Shown here: positions 34,834 to 45,026 of the stretch, piece by piece | How the letters are laid out: every line of letters starts with the position of its first letter | How positions within the stretch are numbered: the stretch's first letter is position 1 | DNA from: a virus | Taxonomy: Duplodnaviria; Caudoviricetes | DNA: 64,000 nucleotides | Strand: one strand, 5' to 3' | Virus record (IMG/VR): IMGVR_UViG_3300021399_000115 | Location: 1-64,000 of that record | Program-made: the position numbers and the translations under genes | The notes under the pieces: model-generated | The model's database searches: none | What the model saw: only the letters and a program-made list of their open reading frames with translations | What the model was told of the DNA's origin: nothing

Positions 34834-35993
34834 GGGTAAATCCTCCTTATATGCATCCGCCACAGCTACCATAGCGGAAATCGCTCTCATTAAATGCGAA
34901 GTAAATCTGGGATTTGAGGTTATAATCATCAGTTATTGTGCTCAACCACTCGTCATTAGCGGCAATCCAATCAACTGAGGATAATCCGTCTTCGTAATCT
35001 TCAAATTCCTCTTGCCATTCGTCATTAAAATACCACTGGGAATATGTACCAAATGTGTACATCGGCTCATTAACAATCTCCCGAGGTATATGGTCAGTAT
35101 AATCCTTACCGTCAATAGTCAGTGTCCAGGTACCGCTACATAAGCATGGGTACTGCCCGGACCAAGTGGCGTTTACTTTGTGATTATTTTTATTCATGGG
35201 GTTCCTCCTCAAGAATTGCAATTATTCTGGCTGCCTGATCGGCATTAATTGATGTGGTATCTTTCATCATTTCTACACATTTGGCTATCACCAAATCATC
35301 TCGTACAGTTTGTTCAATCTCGGGAGTGAGTAATTCAATACGGCAGCCATAGAATTCGTCCCAAGATTTACTGTAGTGAGTATAAAGATCGAAATCACAC
35401 ATAGTTCCATTAAAATCTACGGATATTGCCCCTTGCTCATCATTAACTTTAATAACTTTGCCAATAACCGGATGTTTACGGTAGTTAAGCACTACCTTAT
35501 CTCCTATAGTAAATTTTGATTTATTCATAGCGATTATCTCCTTGCATTCGGTTCATAAAACTCAAAAGAATTTGTTTTACCATTATACCTAATAAATCCA
35601 TCCATACTCTCACGAAGACGTTCTCGGTTCTTTATGCAACACTGCATGAGGTCATCCATTAGCTTTGGGGTAAGTCGTTTTTTGTGGTGGGCTAAATCCG
35701 GCTGGATGTATTTGAGCACGTCCTGAACGGCAAGCAGTCCTTGTGTAAAACCGCGATTGTATTCTCCGGATAATCGTTCCATGGCAAAATCTCCTTATAC
35801 AATTTTGAAGTAATAATTAAACTGTTGGTTAGTTAGTAACACTGTGCAGTAATCACTTACATAGATTACATAATCTTCGCCGGCTTTGGAGTATTGGTAT
35901 AATTCTCCGCTAGTAAATAGTTCAGTTGGTGGATTGATGCATTCTGCATACATGAGGTGTCCTCCTTGGGAAAATAATAATAAAATTCAATTT

Positions 35994-36410
35994 TTACGCC
36001 ATACCAATAATATCTTTTTCGCTGACCGCAAATTTTTCATCGCCTATATTGCTGACGAAGCACTGACTATTTGTTCTTTTATATCCTTGCAAAATATAAA
36101 ATGTTGGTGCTTCTGCGGATGAAATTACCTCGATAACTTTGCCATATCTATGACGTCCGCCATAATCAACCTTGACCATATCACCTTTAGTAGGTATGAA
36201 CACTTTAATGTCATCATTAATAAATTCAACTACATCGCTAATATTACAATTTAATCCTCTACAAATTTTATCAATCATTGTAAGCGTCAAGGATTCATTC
36301 CGTTTTAGTTTGGCTGCCGTTGCTGTTGCAATGTCTGCAACTTTTCTCAAATCACGGATGTTCATATTTTTCTTTTTTAAGGTTTTCCATAACGGCGCGT
36401 ATGAAATCAT
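35994..36410 (-). CDS. Cro/C1-type HTH transcriptional regulator with C-terminal extension
   Basis: MISYAPLWKTL...TAAKLKRNE..IDKICRGLNCNISDVVEF. Confidence 0.85.
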   Translation of the reverse strand: MISYAPLWKTLKKKNMNIRDLRKVADIATATAAKLKRNESLTLTMIDKICRGLNCNISDVVEFINDDIKVFIPTKGDMVKVDYGGRHRYGKVIEVISSAEAPTFYILQGYKRTNSQCFVSNIGDEKFAVSEKDIIGMA

Positions 36411-37596
36411 TTTGTATTATCCTCTTCATTTAATAATTTATTGTCTATCGGTGCGAGCCTATAAATATCTCCGCGTTCCTTGGTTATTTCATACTCTTCT
36501 AATAATGATGCTGGTATTTCATCCTCGGTAAATATCACCTCTTTGTATCTAACCTTGTCGGTCATTTCGCAGCTATTTGAAATTATAATTACCAAAGTTG
36601 CGACAACAATAACCATCGCCACAAATGCTCCAAAGTACTCACCTTGTTGTGATAATGCTATCGAAAGTATAGTTCCAATTACAACAGTTAAGAAAAATAA
36701 CACCACAACAATATCTGGAAATTGATCCAGCTTTCTCAAATACTCAACATTAACTACCTGCATTATTATTCTCCTCAGCTAATCTTTCCTTAACCCTATT
36801 CCAATGTCTCCGCCAACCAAAGCACCATTCATAAGCCCTATCATCATTCCATCCGGCAGCAACCATATCTTCATAGAGCCGCTGTCTCATAGTATCACAG
36901 TACGGAATGTGAATATCTTCTATGGTAGCTTTTTCGCCGAGTTCTCTGACACGGTTAACAAGTTCCTTCTTGTACTCGGCATCGTTATAAAAAAAACTTA
37001 TCTTCTTCAACGCTTCGTTAGTATCAAATTGCTCATGTCTACGTTTCTGAGATCGCCAATACTGTTTTAAACTATTCAATGCCCATGTAAGATGTCCTTC
37101 TTCTTCTATGTCTACGTAGGATTTTTTACTGAGATATACTATCATATTACCTTCGCCGTCAGATACATGCATACCAATTATATATGGGTAATACGGCATT
37201 AGGTCTTTTTGTGAGTCGATACGTAACGGTATAATTGTATTATTAGCTGCATAAATTTTTATTTTACTAAAATCCGTGACCTCACGAATATCTACAAGAA
37301 CATCGTATAGATCACATTTACCACTGTAGCGGCTGATAATAATCACCACCTTATATTGCGGTACTATTCGGCGACCGCTTATTAAACTCATCAATAGCTA
37401 CATGAACATTACCCGACAGCTTTACAACCGAGCCGTCCGGATACTTGCAGTAGTACCACTCAATGTGGTTAAACAAATCTCGGAACAGTCCGAATGTCAT
37501 CAGTCGTTTGTCCGTATATAAGTCCATCATCGTATTCGTCCACTGGAGTACATGCTCCTGGGTTAGGGTTCCGGGTTCTGCCATATAATCGCCTCC

Positions 37597-37648
37597 TTTA
37601 ATAATTAATTGATTATCTATACATTACCACACATTTAATAATTAATCA
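37597..37648 (-). promoter_or_regulatory. Putative promoter overlapped by two AATTAATTATTAAA boxes
   Basis: TTGATT, 17 bp, TG-extended TAATGT; boxes at 37597 and 37634. Confidence 0.55.
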
Positions 37649-39465
37649 AGCACTTATTTCTTGATAATGTAACATTTTTTCAATCTGGTCGTCACTCATA
37701 TCATTCCACTTGCGGATGCCGGCGATATCAAGCTGCGAGAAAATGCCCATGAGAACCGATCTGACAATGCCGTTGCCGGCCTCCTTAAAGAGCTGGCTGT
37801 TCGAATTCGTTGTTTCTGCTCTATTAAAATACTCATCATTTGGACCGGCTATATCCATTAAACGCCAACATTCTTTTGGCGTGAGTTTTCGAATTCGATA
37901 TCTATACTTAGTTTCTTCCATAATATCAATCAATCCCTTCCTTCGTTATTACTATATATCTCAAACACCCAATTATCCTTAGCTACCGAAGTTATTGTAT
38001 GGGCGAGTTCATCCTCAGCAAGTTCCAGACGTTGCACGAGAATACCGCCACCAGTCTTGGATCGATCATTTGGATTATTCGGGTTACGTCCTCTCGACGC
38101 GCATATTATTTGTTTGATTAGTTTCATAATTTATCTCTTTAATAATTACTATCGGTTCACGGTTACCACCGCCGGCAGTGTTAATCGCAGGACATAATCC
38201 GCGATGGGAATATACATTGCCGGCATATGATCCACCGGTGAAACCGTATATATTACCTAATCTGATTAGTTCTTTCATTGTTCTCATGTCCTACCACTAT
38301 CATCGGCTGAGTATTACCGCCCGAGTTCGCCTTGATTGCCGGACACAGCCCTTGTACTCCAAACACTGCGCCGGCATAGGCGTCTTTATGACCGTAAATA
38401 TTGCCGATAAAAATACTACTCGTTAGATTGATTGTTTTCTTCAATTTCAAGTACTGCATTAGCCCAATTACTCATTCCTTTATAGTCGCGAACTAAAAGT
38501 GATGTTGCCACATCAACAAAATATATGTTGGGGTCACTTGGTTTACCCTTCGCTCGCTGAATATCTTTAATTATTATTGATGTAAATCGCTTCTTTGTCA
38601 TATTTTTTCAACATTGTATAACACCAGATCCCTCAGATCTGCGGTTACTGATTCCGCGGTCTGTCCTTGCGCTGACGCAATTTGCGATATCAAGAGTGTC
38701 TGGGTTATTAACAGATAAATCAACGGCTTCGAGAATTGTCTCCTCATCAAGTTTGCCGTCTGCAATAAGTTGCTTGATGAGAGCATCAGCTTTTTCATTG
38801 TTGATGTAGAACTTCTCATCTACAACCGGATCGAGTCGGTCTTTCATAACTTCATGGAGCGGAATCGGTCGCGGAAATTCGAAGTTGATTTCTTCTAGGC
38901 TACTAACCATAAAACAACGGTTGCGGTGCTGTGGTACTCCATACTCACTGGCTTCGAGATCTTGCCAGTAGTTGTGATAACCCTTGGATTCAAGAAACGA
39001 AATCCAGTTTTGGAAATTCTCTAAATTTTTCTTACTGTGAACCTGTGTGACATTCTCCATGATGAGTATTTGAGGAAGTTCTTCCAGTTCATTCAACAGA
39101 CGCTCAACTTCCCAAAGTAATGATGATCTAGTTCCGCTATCCTTATCCATTCCGGCTTGCTTACCGGCAACTGAAAGGTCATGCTATTGGCAGGGAAAAC
39201 TATAAGTCATAATATAAGTATACTTATCAGTATCCCTGATCCCTAAATCATCACCTCCAATCTCTTTAATATCCATTGTTTCGAAGTTAGTACCGTGAAT
39301 TGCGTTATAGCTTTTAACCGGGAATTTATCGAATTCTACTAAACGATAATGCTCGAATACGTCATCCGGATTAAGACCATTTGCAATAGCCAAATCCCTC
39401 AAACCTATCGACTGGCAGCCAATACCGCCAAATAGCTCAATCAATCTAATTTTATTAGTTATCAT
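37646..39465 (-). CDS. C5-cytosine DNA methyltransferase locus split into several ORFs
   Basis: 39184-39465 has motif I (ELFGGIG) and IV (FPCQ); 38608-39183 has DLSVAG, ENV and QHRNRCF; four TRD-like mini ORFs at 37930-38601; 37646-37933 has motifs IX/X (RKLTPKECWRLM, EAGNGIV). Confidence 0.85.
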
Positions 39466-39728
39466 ATTACTCCTTTAATAATTAATCGGTTTGTTATTGT
39501 TACTTTTATCACCAAAGTGATATCGATTTAAGAAATCCACATACGACAAACCGGACATATCCACATCTGTCCGGAAGCCGCAGCTACATTTAAAAATCCT
39601 TTTAGGTACTTGACCGTGTGCATATGTACTGCACAGGATCATTGCTCTTCCACAGATAGGACATGTCCGATAATTCATAATGTCTCCTTCCTTCTTATTT
39701 AATTATCTCAGTGATTATTACATTGAGT

Positions 39729-39776
39729 ACTATATCACGGTTTGATTATTACGTCAATACTATTTAATAATTAATT
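39729..39776 (-). promoter_or_regulatory. Sigma-A promoter with upstream AATTAATTATTAAA box
   Basis: TTGACG (39757-39752), 17 bp, TG-extended TATAGT (39734-39729); box at 39763. Confidence 0.78.
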
Positions 39777-40528
39777 TATGGAAAATTTTTGAGTAAACTT
39801 CTAGCCGGCTCCTTCTCCATATTTTCTTTCGCCCACTTGATATAACCCGGATCGAGGGCATATACTTCCGGGATTGTCTGGCCAAAATGCTTTCCAAAAT
39901 TGAATTTCCAGCTTTCTATATCCGGAAGCTGTTCTGCTGGCGGTGTGGTCACCGGAATTGCTACATCATCAAATTTCATCTCAATATCTTTGCGAGACGC
40001 GAGATAATCTGCAAGATGAAGAATAATCTGATATTTATCAGTAGGTTTTGGTAGAATAACATCTGGATGACGCTTATCCTGACACCATTGGCCCATGTGC
40101 GACTCAATTACATGTGCGCAAAAATTTCGCTCTACTTCCGGTATTCCGTCTATATGTTTAATCATCTCGGCTGCTCTGAGCGGATGGTCAAATTTTGTAT
40201 ACTTGTTATGTTCGTACTCCTCTTGTGTTCCACTTTTCATCATATCATGAGCAATACCTGAAACTCTAAGCAAATCTCGTTCTCTGGAAGTAAAATTCTG
40301 AGCTATAGACTCTACTCCAAACATATGGTTAAGCAATTTTACCAAAGCAACCGTATGTTTTGCCAGTCCGAGCGGAGTTTCACAGGCATATTGCGGATGA
40401 TAACGAAGCGAAGATGAAGCAGGCACAAGGAAAAAATACGGAGGTGCTGCGTCAATAACATTTTTTGCAAACTGCTTTATGTCTTCGTTCTCGAACGTTT
40501 CTAATATGCAATCAAAAATTTCTTTCAT
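39776..40528 (-). CDS. HD-domain phosphohydrolase with short C-terminal FGKH domain
   Basis: HT, AHDMMK, HP, SHMGQW and HLADYLASR; FGKHFGQTI..DPGYIKW. Confidence 0.85.
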   Translation of the reverse strand: MKEIFDCILETFENEDIKQFAKNVIDAAPPYFFLVPASSSLRYHPQYACETPLGLAKHTVALVKLLNHMFGVESIAQNFTSRERDLLRVSGIAHDMMKSGTQEEYEHNKYTKFDHPLRAAEMIKHIDGIPEVERNFCAHVIESHMGQWCQDKRHPDVILPKPTDKYQIILHLADYLASRKDIEMKFDDVAIPVTTPPAEQLPDIESWKFNFGKHFGQTIPEVYALDPGYIKWAKENMEKEPARSLLKNFP

Positions 40529-41285
40529 TGGATATTCTCCTCTATATATTGTGGTCTATGTTGTTATTCAAACACTATATATTGTGTTATGATTATTCTG
40601 TTAGTCCATTCTTACGAGCCAACTCTTCTGCTCTCATATCTTGGGCGATTTTGATAGCTTGATTAGGAGAATTAGCGTATATGATGTAGGAGCCGGAAGA
40701 TTCATGGGAGTTTTCTTTGTAATTACTCCATAAATCATACTCATCATATTCTGCCTCCCAGTCACCGGTATAATCAGTAACATTGTATCTAAATCGTTTA
40801 TCAATAAATTGATGAGTGTCGTATTCATCGTAGCTAATTGAGTCATCATTATAACTGCCGCACTTAATAGCTTCGATGACATTTTTCGCCTCTGTTTCAG
40901 ATTCAACAATACCAATTATATGACGATCGGAATAATAACCCTTTTCAATAACATAAACTTTCATTGTCTCTTCACCTCACTTGAATACCACACGGTGATT
41001 TCATCGCTACCGCAAATTCGGCAGCATAACAAGTCGCCATCTATATCAAGTACTTCCGCACGAATACCATTGTTGGTAACTAAATCCCCGATTTGGATTG
41101 GCGGTTTATCATCCTTGTGTTTCTTAAATCGTAGCTTACCGCGAGATTTCTCCAACATCGAAATATCATTTAGTCGATTAGCAATATTAGGATTTTCCCC
41201 CAGAAGAAGAGTATCTTTGATAAGATAGGTATAAACATCATCCAGGAGAAAATTATCAGTTTCTATTACACAATTACTCATATTA

Positions 41286-42527
41286 TTACCTTAGTTCCAC
41301 CAGATATTTAATAGTTACTTGATCCACGTTGTAAAAAACAATCTCATCGTTTCTGAGCATAGAGCCAGCATGAGCGTGGAGACAATTTGCTCCAGGACAA
41401 TCTTCTCTTAATCTTTTATAGTTATAGTTGTAATATTTACTATCAAAAGAATAAACATCGTATGGCTTACCATAATGAAAATTCATTAATGCCATAAAAG
41501 CAGATGAAGAATTCCCCCTTGCCCAGTAAGAACCGCTTAATGAAGTATATCCAAGAGATTTCCGTGCAGTTGGCGAGGCATAGATCGCATCTCCAAACAT
41601 CGAGCCTGTGTATACGGCATTAGAAGGTCTTATCATTAGTCCATTGTTAATAATTGACCACCAGTTCTCATTTCTGCTTCCATGCCAAAACAATCTAACG
41701 TCTTTAATATTTTCTTTTTCTACAAAATCATCAAATCGTTTTTGTGTAGCCAAGTTGGTTACTCTCCATGCTTGATAGAATTTATCTTTGCAATCACCCA
41801 ACATATCTTTAATGACTTCAATTTCGGTATCGTTAACGGGTTCCATCACAATACCCATGGCTTCAAGAATTGTTTTGTCATTAATCGGAGAATTTTCAAC
41901 GCTATCATCTCGAACCGTCTGCTCATCATCCAGAGCCGAGTGAGTGATTACCTGGCCTCGCATAACATCAAGCAGATCTTGCTCATCTTTAATAATACGG
42001 GCAAAATCATCGGTTGACTTAGCCAAATAATCATTAACATTACTCATCTTTCGGGGAATTGTGGTAAACAATTTCATCAATTCCTCATTAAACGGCTTAA
42101 TCGTTGTTATCGTTGTAAGGCTATCAATTATTTTCTGTGCCTCGTCAACCATCGCCTGGGTAACTTGATTTGATTCCACACGGTAATTTTGCTGGACCTT
42201 CTTTTTAGCCATACTCATTAGGCGATCAACAATCTCTGCTATGGCAGCATTTTCGATTGCTTTATACTCCGGAGTATCCGGCTTCGTGTCTACCACGGAT
42301 ATTAAATCTTCCATCAGATGTGTCTGATCTACATAACCTTTGCGGATTTTCTCATTATATTTTTTATCCCAGTCGCGCAGAGGGTAAGTCCTCGTCTGAG
42401 AACTCGCCCCTACTCTGCCGTACTGAACCGTAAAAGTTTCGCCGTCGGTATTCGCCAGCATCCGATAGTATTTATTGTTATTGTTTGACGACACCATCAC
42501 TAAATATACAGGCTTATAATCACTCAT
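41286..42527 (-). CDS. WGR-domain PARP-like ADP-ribosyltransferase
   Basis: NNNKYY..QYGRVG..KIRKGY (WGR), helical domain with IPR, catalytic WHGS, GSMFGDAIYAS and NDEIVFY (H-Y-E triad). Confidence 0.9.
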   Translation of the reverse strand: MSDYKPVYLVMVSSNNNNKYYRMLANTDGETFTVQYGRVGASSQTRTYPLRDWDKKYNEKIRKGYVDQTHLMEDLISVVDTKPDTPEYKAIENAAIAEIVDRLMSMAKKKVQQNYRVESNQVTQAMVDEAQKIIDSLTTITTIKPFNEELMKLFTTIPRKMSNVNDYLAKSTDDFARIIKDEQDLLDVMRGQVITHSALDDEQTVRDDSVENSPINDKTILEAMGIVMEPVNDTEIEVIKDMLGDCKDKFYQAWRVTNLATQKRFDDFVEKENIKDVRLFWHGSRNENWWSIINNGLMIRPSNAVYTGSMFGDAIYASPTARKSLGYTSLSGSYWARGNSSSAFMALMNFHYGKPYDVYSFDSKYYNYNYKRLREDCPGANCLHAHAGSMLRNDEIVFYNVDQVTIKYLVELR

Positions 42528-42529
42528 AA

Positions 42530-42982
42530 TTAACCCTCATATGCGGAACAAACATACCTAAATACTTCATCACCTACATACATTACAATATTGATATTAG
42601 TGTCGAAAAATATCTCATCGATTGCCTGGAGGACATCATCAACGGCAAAACCATTTTTCCCGGTACAAATTGCCGGCATGGCAACTTTTGTGATACCGTT
42701 CTTTTTACATTTTGCCTTAAACTCCTCAAGACAAGCAATAAGATTATCAAACACCGGTTTATCATAACTCATATCTTTAACAAGCAGCATATATAAATTA
42801 TCAAGTCGGGCAAGCTTACCGCCCTTAAATACTTTAATATTGGATTTACGTTTCTCAATATTAAACATCTGATCCATTACTTTATTGATACCGACGCTAC
42901 AATTAAAGTCGGCTGAAAACGCACTGACGATTGTATAACCCTGGGGTGCGAGTTTTATATCTGCATTAATAAAATTAATCAT
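42530..42982 (-). CDS. Macrodomain protein (Poa1p/TARG-like), degenerate
   Basis: SAFSADFNCSVGI, LLVK and KVAMPAICTG resemble the HCISAD..MGAGIA / AMPRIGCG pattern. Confidence 0.7.
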   Translation of the reverse strand: MINFINADIKLAPQGYTIVSAFSADFNCSVGINKVMDQMFNIEKRKSNIKVFKGGKLARLDNLYMLLVKDMSYDKPVFDNLIACLEEFKAKCKKNGITKVAMPAICTGKNGFAVDDVLQAIDEIFFDTNINIVMYVGDEVFRYVCSAYEG

Positions 42983-42993
42983 AATCTTTCTCC

Positions 42994-43527
42994 TTATTTA
43001 ATCATATTCCTTAAGTGATAGCAGAAATGTCCATAGATAAAGTAACCGCTGTATTTAGGGTCTTTCATAAAAACAAACGGTACATTAAACTCATGCCAAA
43101 AACTATGGACAGTGCCATAATAACTTTTGGCTGCGTATTGTGATCTGTAATTCCCCAGAATCATATCCTCATAGCTTGCATTTTCGATGAGGATTAATTT
43201 ATTAGCCGGAGCAAGTGTGAGTTCTTTTTTGATTCTGTCTCGTTCCTTCGTAACGTTACCGGCAAACTCGTCCAAATTTGCTTTTCGCTCTATGCAAATT
43301 TCGCGGTCAAACCATAAATCACGCGGTATTCCGAGGGCTTCGTTCTTTTTCAGGTAATAGCTGTAATCGCCGTAATTAAGCTTAGTGCTGACCCAGGGGA
43401 TTCCTTTGCTATCGAAGTAATCCGTAATATGGGAATTCTTCTGCTCACGGGTATCGCAAATAACTATTATATTTTTAAGTAGTTCCTTCTCCTCAGCCTA
43501 TGTGTAGTGATAATTTTCTAATATCAT
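42994..43527 (-). CDS. ERCC4-domain nuclease with an in-frame TAG at codon 10
   Basis: Manual translation MILENYHYT*AEEKELLKNIIVICDTREQ...GDYS...IERKANLDE; RBS GAGGAG precedes ATG 43527; TAG at 43498-43500. Confidence 0.85.
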
Positions 43528-43540
43528 TGTTATCTCCTCA

Positions 43541-44245
43541 TTAAATGTGACAATCTACTATGGTCAATATCCAATTTGGATCTGAGCCGCTAATGAATCT
43601 ATCATCATAGTTACTAACCCAATCAATCCATGACTGGTCGGACTCATCACTCATACCGAACCATCCCATGTTGCCCGGAGCATGCCATTCACCGTCTGGG
43701 GTAACTACTGCATATGTGGAAAATGTCGCCATAAGTCTGGCATATGTTTCCGCATCCCTATAACGGCGAGTATAATACTCTTTCTTGAACCCGTTGAAAA
43801 AGGATTCCTTAGTTTCTCCAGATGTCAGCGGTGAATCGTTGACTACGACATCCCAGTATCTCAAACGATATTGGTATTCCGCTTCGTCTACATCAAGATC
43901 AAAATCTTTAATTCTGCCCTCATCGATTGGAGTTCCATTTTTATTCTTTAGCAATCCAGAATACCTTCCGCCCGGTTCCCACCAATCCCATTTGGATTTT
44001 GGATTATACATGGAAATCAAGTTGCCGTTGATATCAACTTTATAATCGTCTGCCATATACTCATAACAAGCTTCATCTGAGGCATTTTTGTCCATATAAT
44101 GTTCTCTGGCATATGCTATTGCTTCATCTCGGGTGTATTCTATATATGGTTCAACTTCGAGATTTTCATTATATGGTGCTAGTAATTCTTCTACTGATTG
44201 ATCGTCACGGTGTATAACCGCTACCGCAAAATGGCTCATAATCAT
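43541..44245 (-). CDS. Conserved phage hypothetical protein
   Basis: YNPKSKWDWW..GGRY, AVVTPDGEWH..GWFG and terminal DCHI; 234 aa. Confidence 0.6.
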   Translation of the reverse strand: MIMSHFAVAVIHRDDQSVEELLAPYNENLEVEPYIEYTRDEAIAYAREHYMDKNASDEACYEYMADDYKVDINGNLISMYNPKSKWDWWEPGGRYSGLLKNKNGTPIDEGRIKDFDLDVDEAEYQYRLRYWDVVVNDSPLTSGETKESFFNGFKKEYYTRRYRDAETYARLMATFSTYAVVTPDGEWHAPGNMGWFGMSDESDQSWIDWVSNYDDRFISGSDPNWILTIVDCHI

Positions 44246-44260
44246 ATTCTCCTTTAATAA

Positions 44261-44962
44261 TTAATCATTAGGTTCTTTAAAAAGCGGCGGTTTCTCGCCA
44301 CTAGAAATAACCTTTAAACATTCGTCAACAATGTCCTTGCAAAGTTCCGGCGGATATATAGCCTTTAGTGCCGGGTCTTTGATAGCCTGGAGACCGGTTC
44401 TGGCGCCTCGACTTGCCGGTTCATGACATGGGTCACCATTTTTGCAAGGTGGTTTTAAATGAAGGTCGATGTTGCTAAAAAAGTCTGTAGCCTTGCGGTA
44501 ACTGAAACCGTACTGGCAATATGTGGTAGTATTGATATACGGAATACACTTCATGAAATCCATCTTGCGGAGAGCGCCGACAGGATTCTCCCAAATCTGG
44601 ATTGTGGGATTAAGTTCCTTAACTAACTCTATGCAATGGATATTGAGTTCGTCCGCAAGACGGGCTTTGTCAGTCTTAGGTGCGAGATTTCCGCTGGGTT
44701 CCTTGGTTCGGTGACGACCGATTGCAGCCACGGAGTATGTGGTGCAATCAGTGCCGAGAAAAATTATATCGGGCTTGCCGAATACTTCCAGTATTTCTTC
44801 GGCAGTTATGTCCCGAATGTCCTTGTGAAGGTCACTCGGAAAACGTTCGTCATAATCAACGGTAAAGCACTGACATCCTCGTTCTCTGAATGCATTACTC
44901 ATGCACTCAAAGCCGGAGAATAGTTCCAGTACTTTAATCGGTTCTTTAAGTGGTTTGTTCAT
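44261..44962 (-). CDS. C5 DNA methyltransferase-like protein (short phage type)
   Basis: VLELFSG, TDC in place of PC, ENP, YCQYG..RKAT. Confidence 0.7.
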   Translation of the reverse strand: MNKPLKEPIKVLELFSGFECMSNAFRERGCQCFTVDYDERFPSDLHKDIRDITAEEILEVFGKPDIIFLGTDCTTYSVAAIGRHRTKEPSGNLAPKTDKARLADELNIHCIELVKELNPTIQIWENPVGALRKMDFMKCIPYINTTTYCQYGFSYRKATDFFSNIDLHLKPPCKNGDPCHEPASRGARTGLQAIKDPALKAIYPPELCKDIVDECLKVISSGEKPPLFKEPND

Positions 44963-44979
44963 CTATTTGTTACTCCTCT

Positions 44980-45026
44980 ATTATAGCATTATAATTCAGT
45001 ATTTACAAGGGATTTAATAAATTATT
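44980..45026 (-). promoter_or_regulatory. Sigma-A promoter with variant upstream box
   Basis: TTGTAA (45008-45003), 17 bp, TG-extended TATAAT (44985-44980). Confidence 0.75.

Larger units (their letters stand above)
10222..35997. repeat. Dispersed 18-bp palindrome family ATNAAA-N6-TTTNAT at gene junctions
   Basis: Copies start at 10222, 12858, 13053, 13525, 13813, 15071, 15654, 15954, 16353, 17104, 17338, 17767, 19855, 20323, 20705, 21171, 21364, 24557, 24843, 25833, 30518, 30993 and 35980; several are degenerate. Confidence 0.8.
8007..37584 (-). other. Accessory region of densely packed small hypothetical genes
   Basis: Dozens of 60-200 aa minus-strand ORFs with GGAG RBSs, overlapping or separated by the 18-bp palindrome; includes several paralog pairs. 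Confidence 0.85.

Noticed and set aside
10222-35997. CRISPR array
   Set aside because: The repeats are short degenerate palindromes separated by whole genes; no constant 25-40 bp repeats with uniform spacers and no cas operon were seen.
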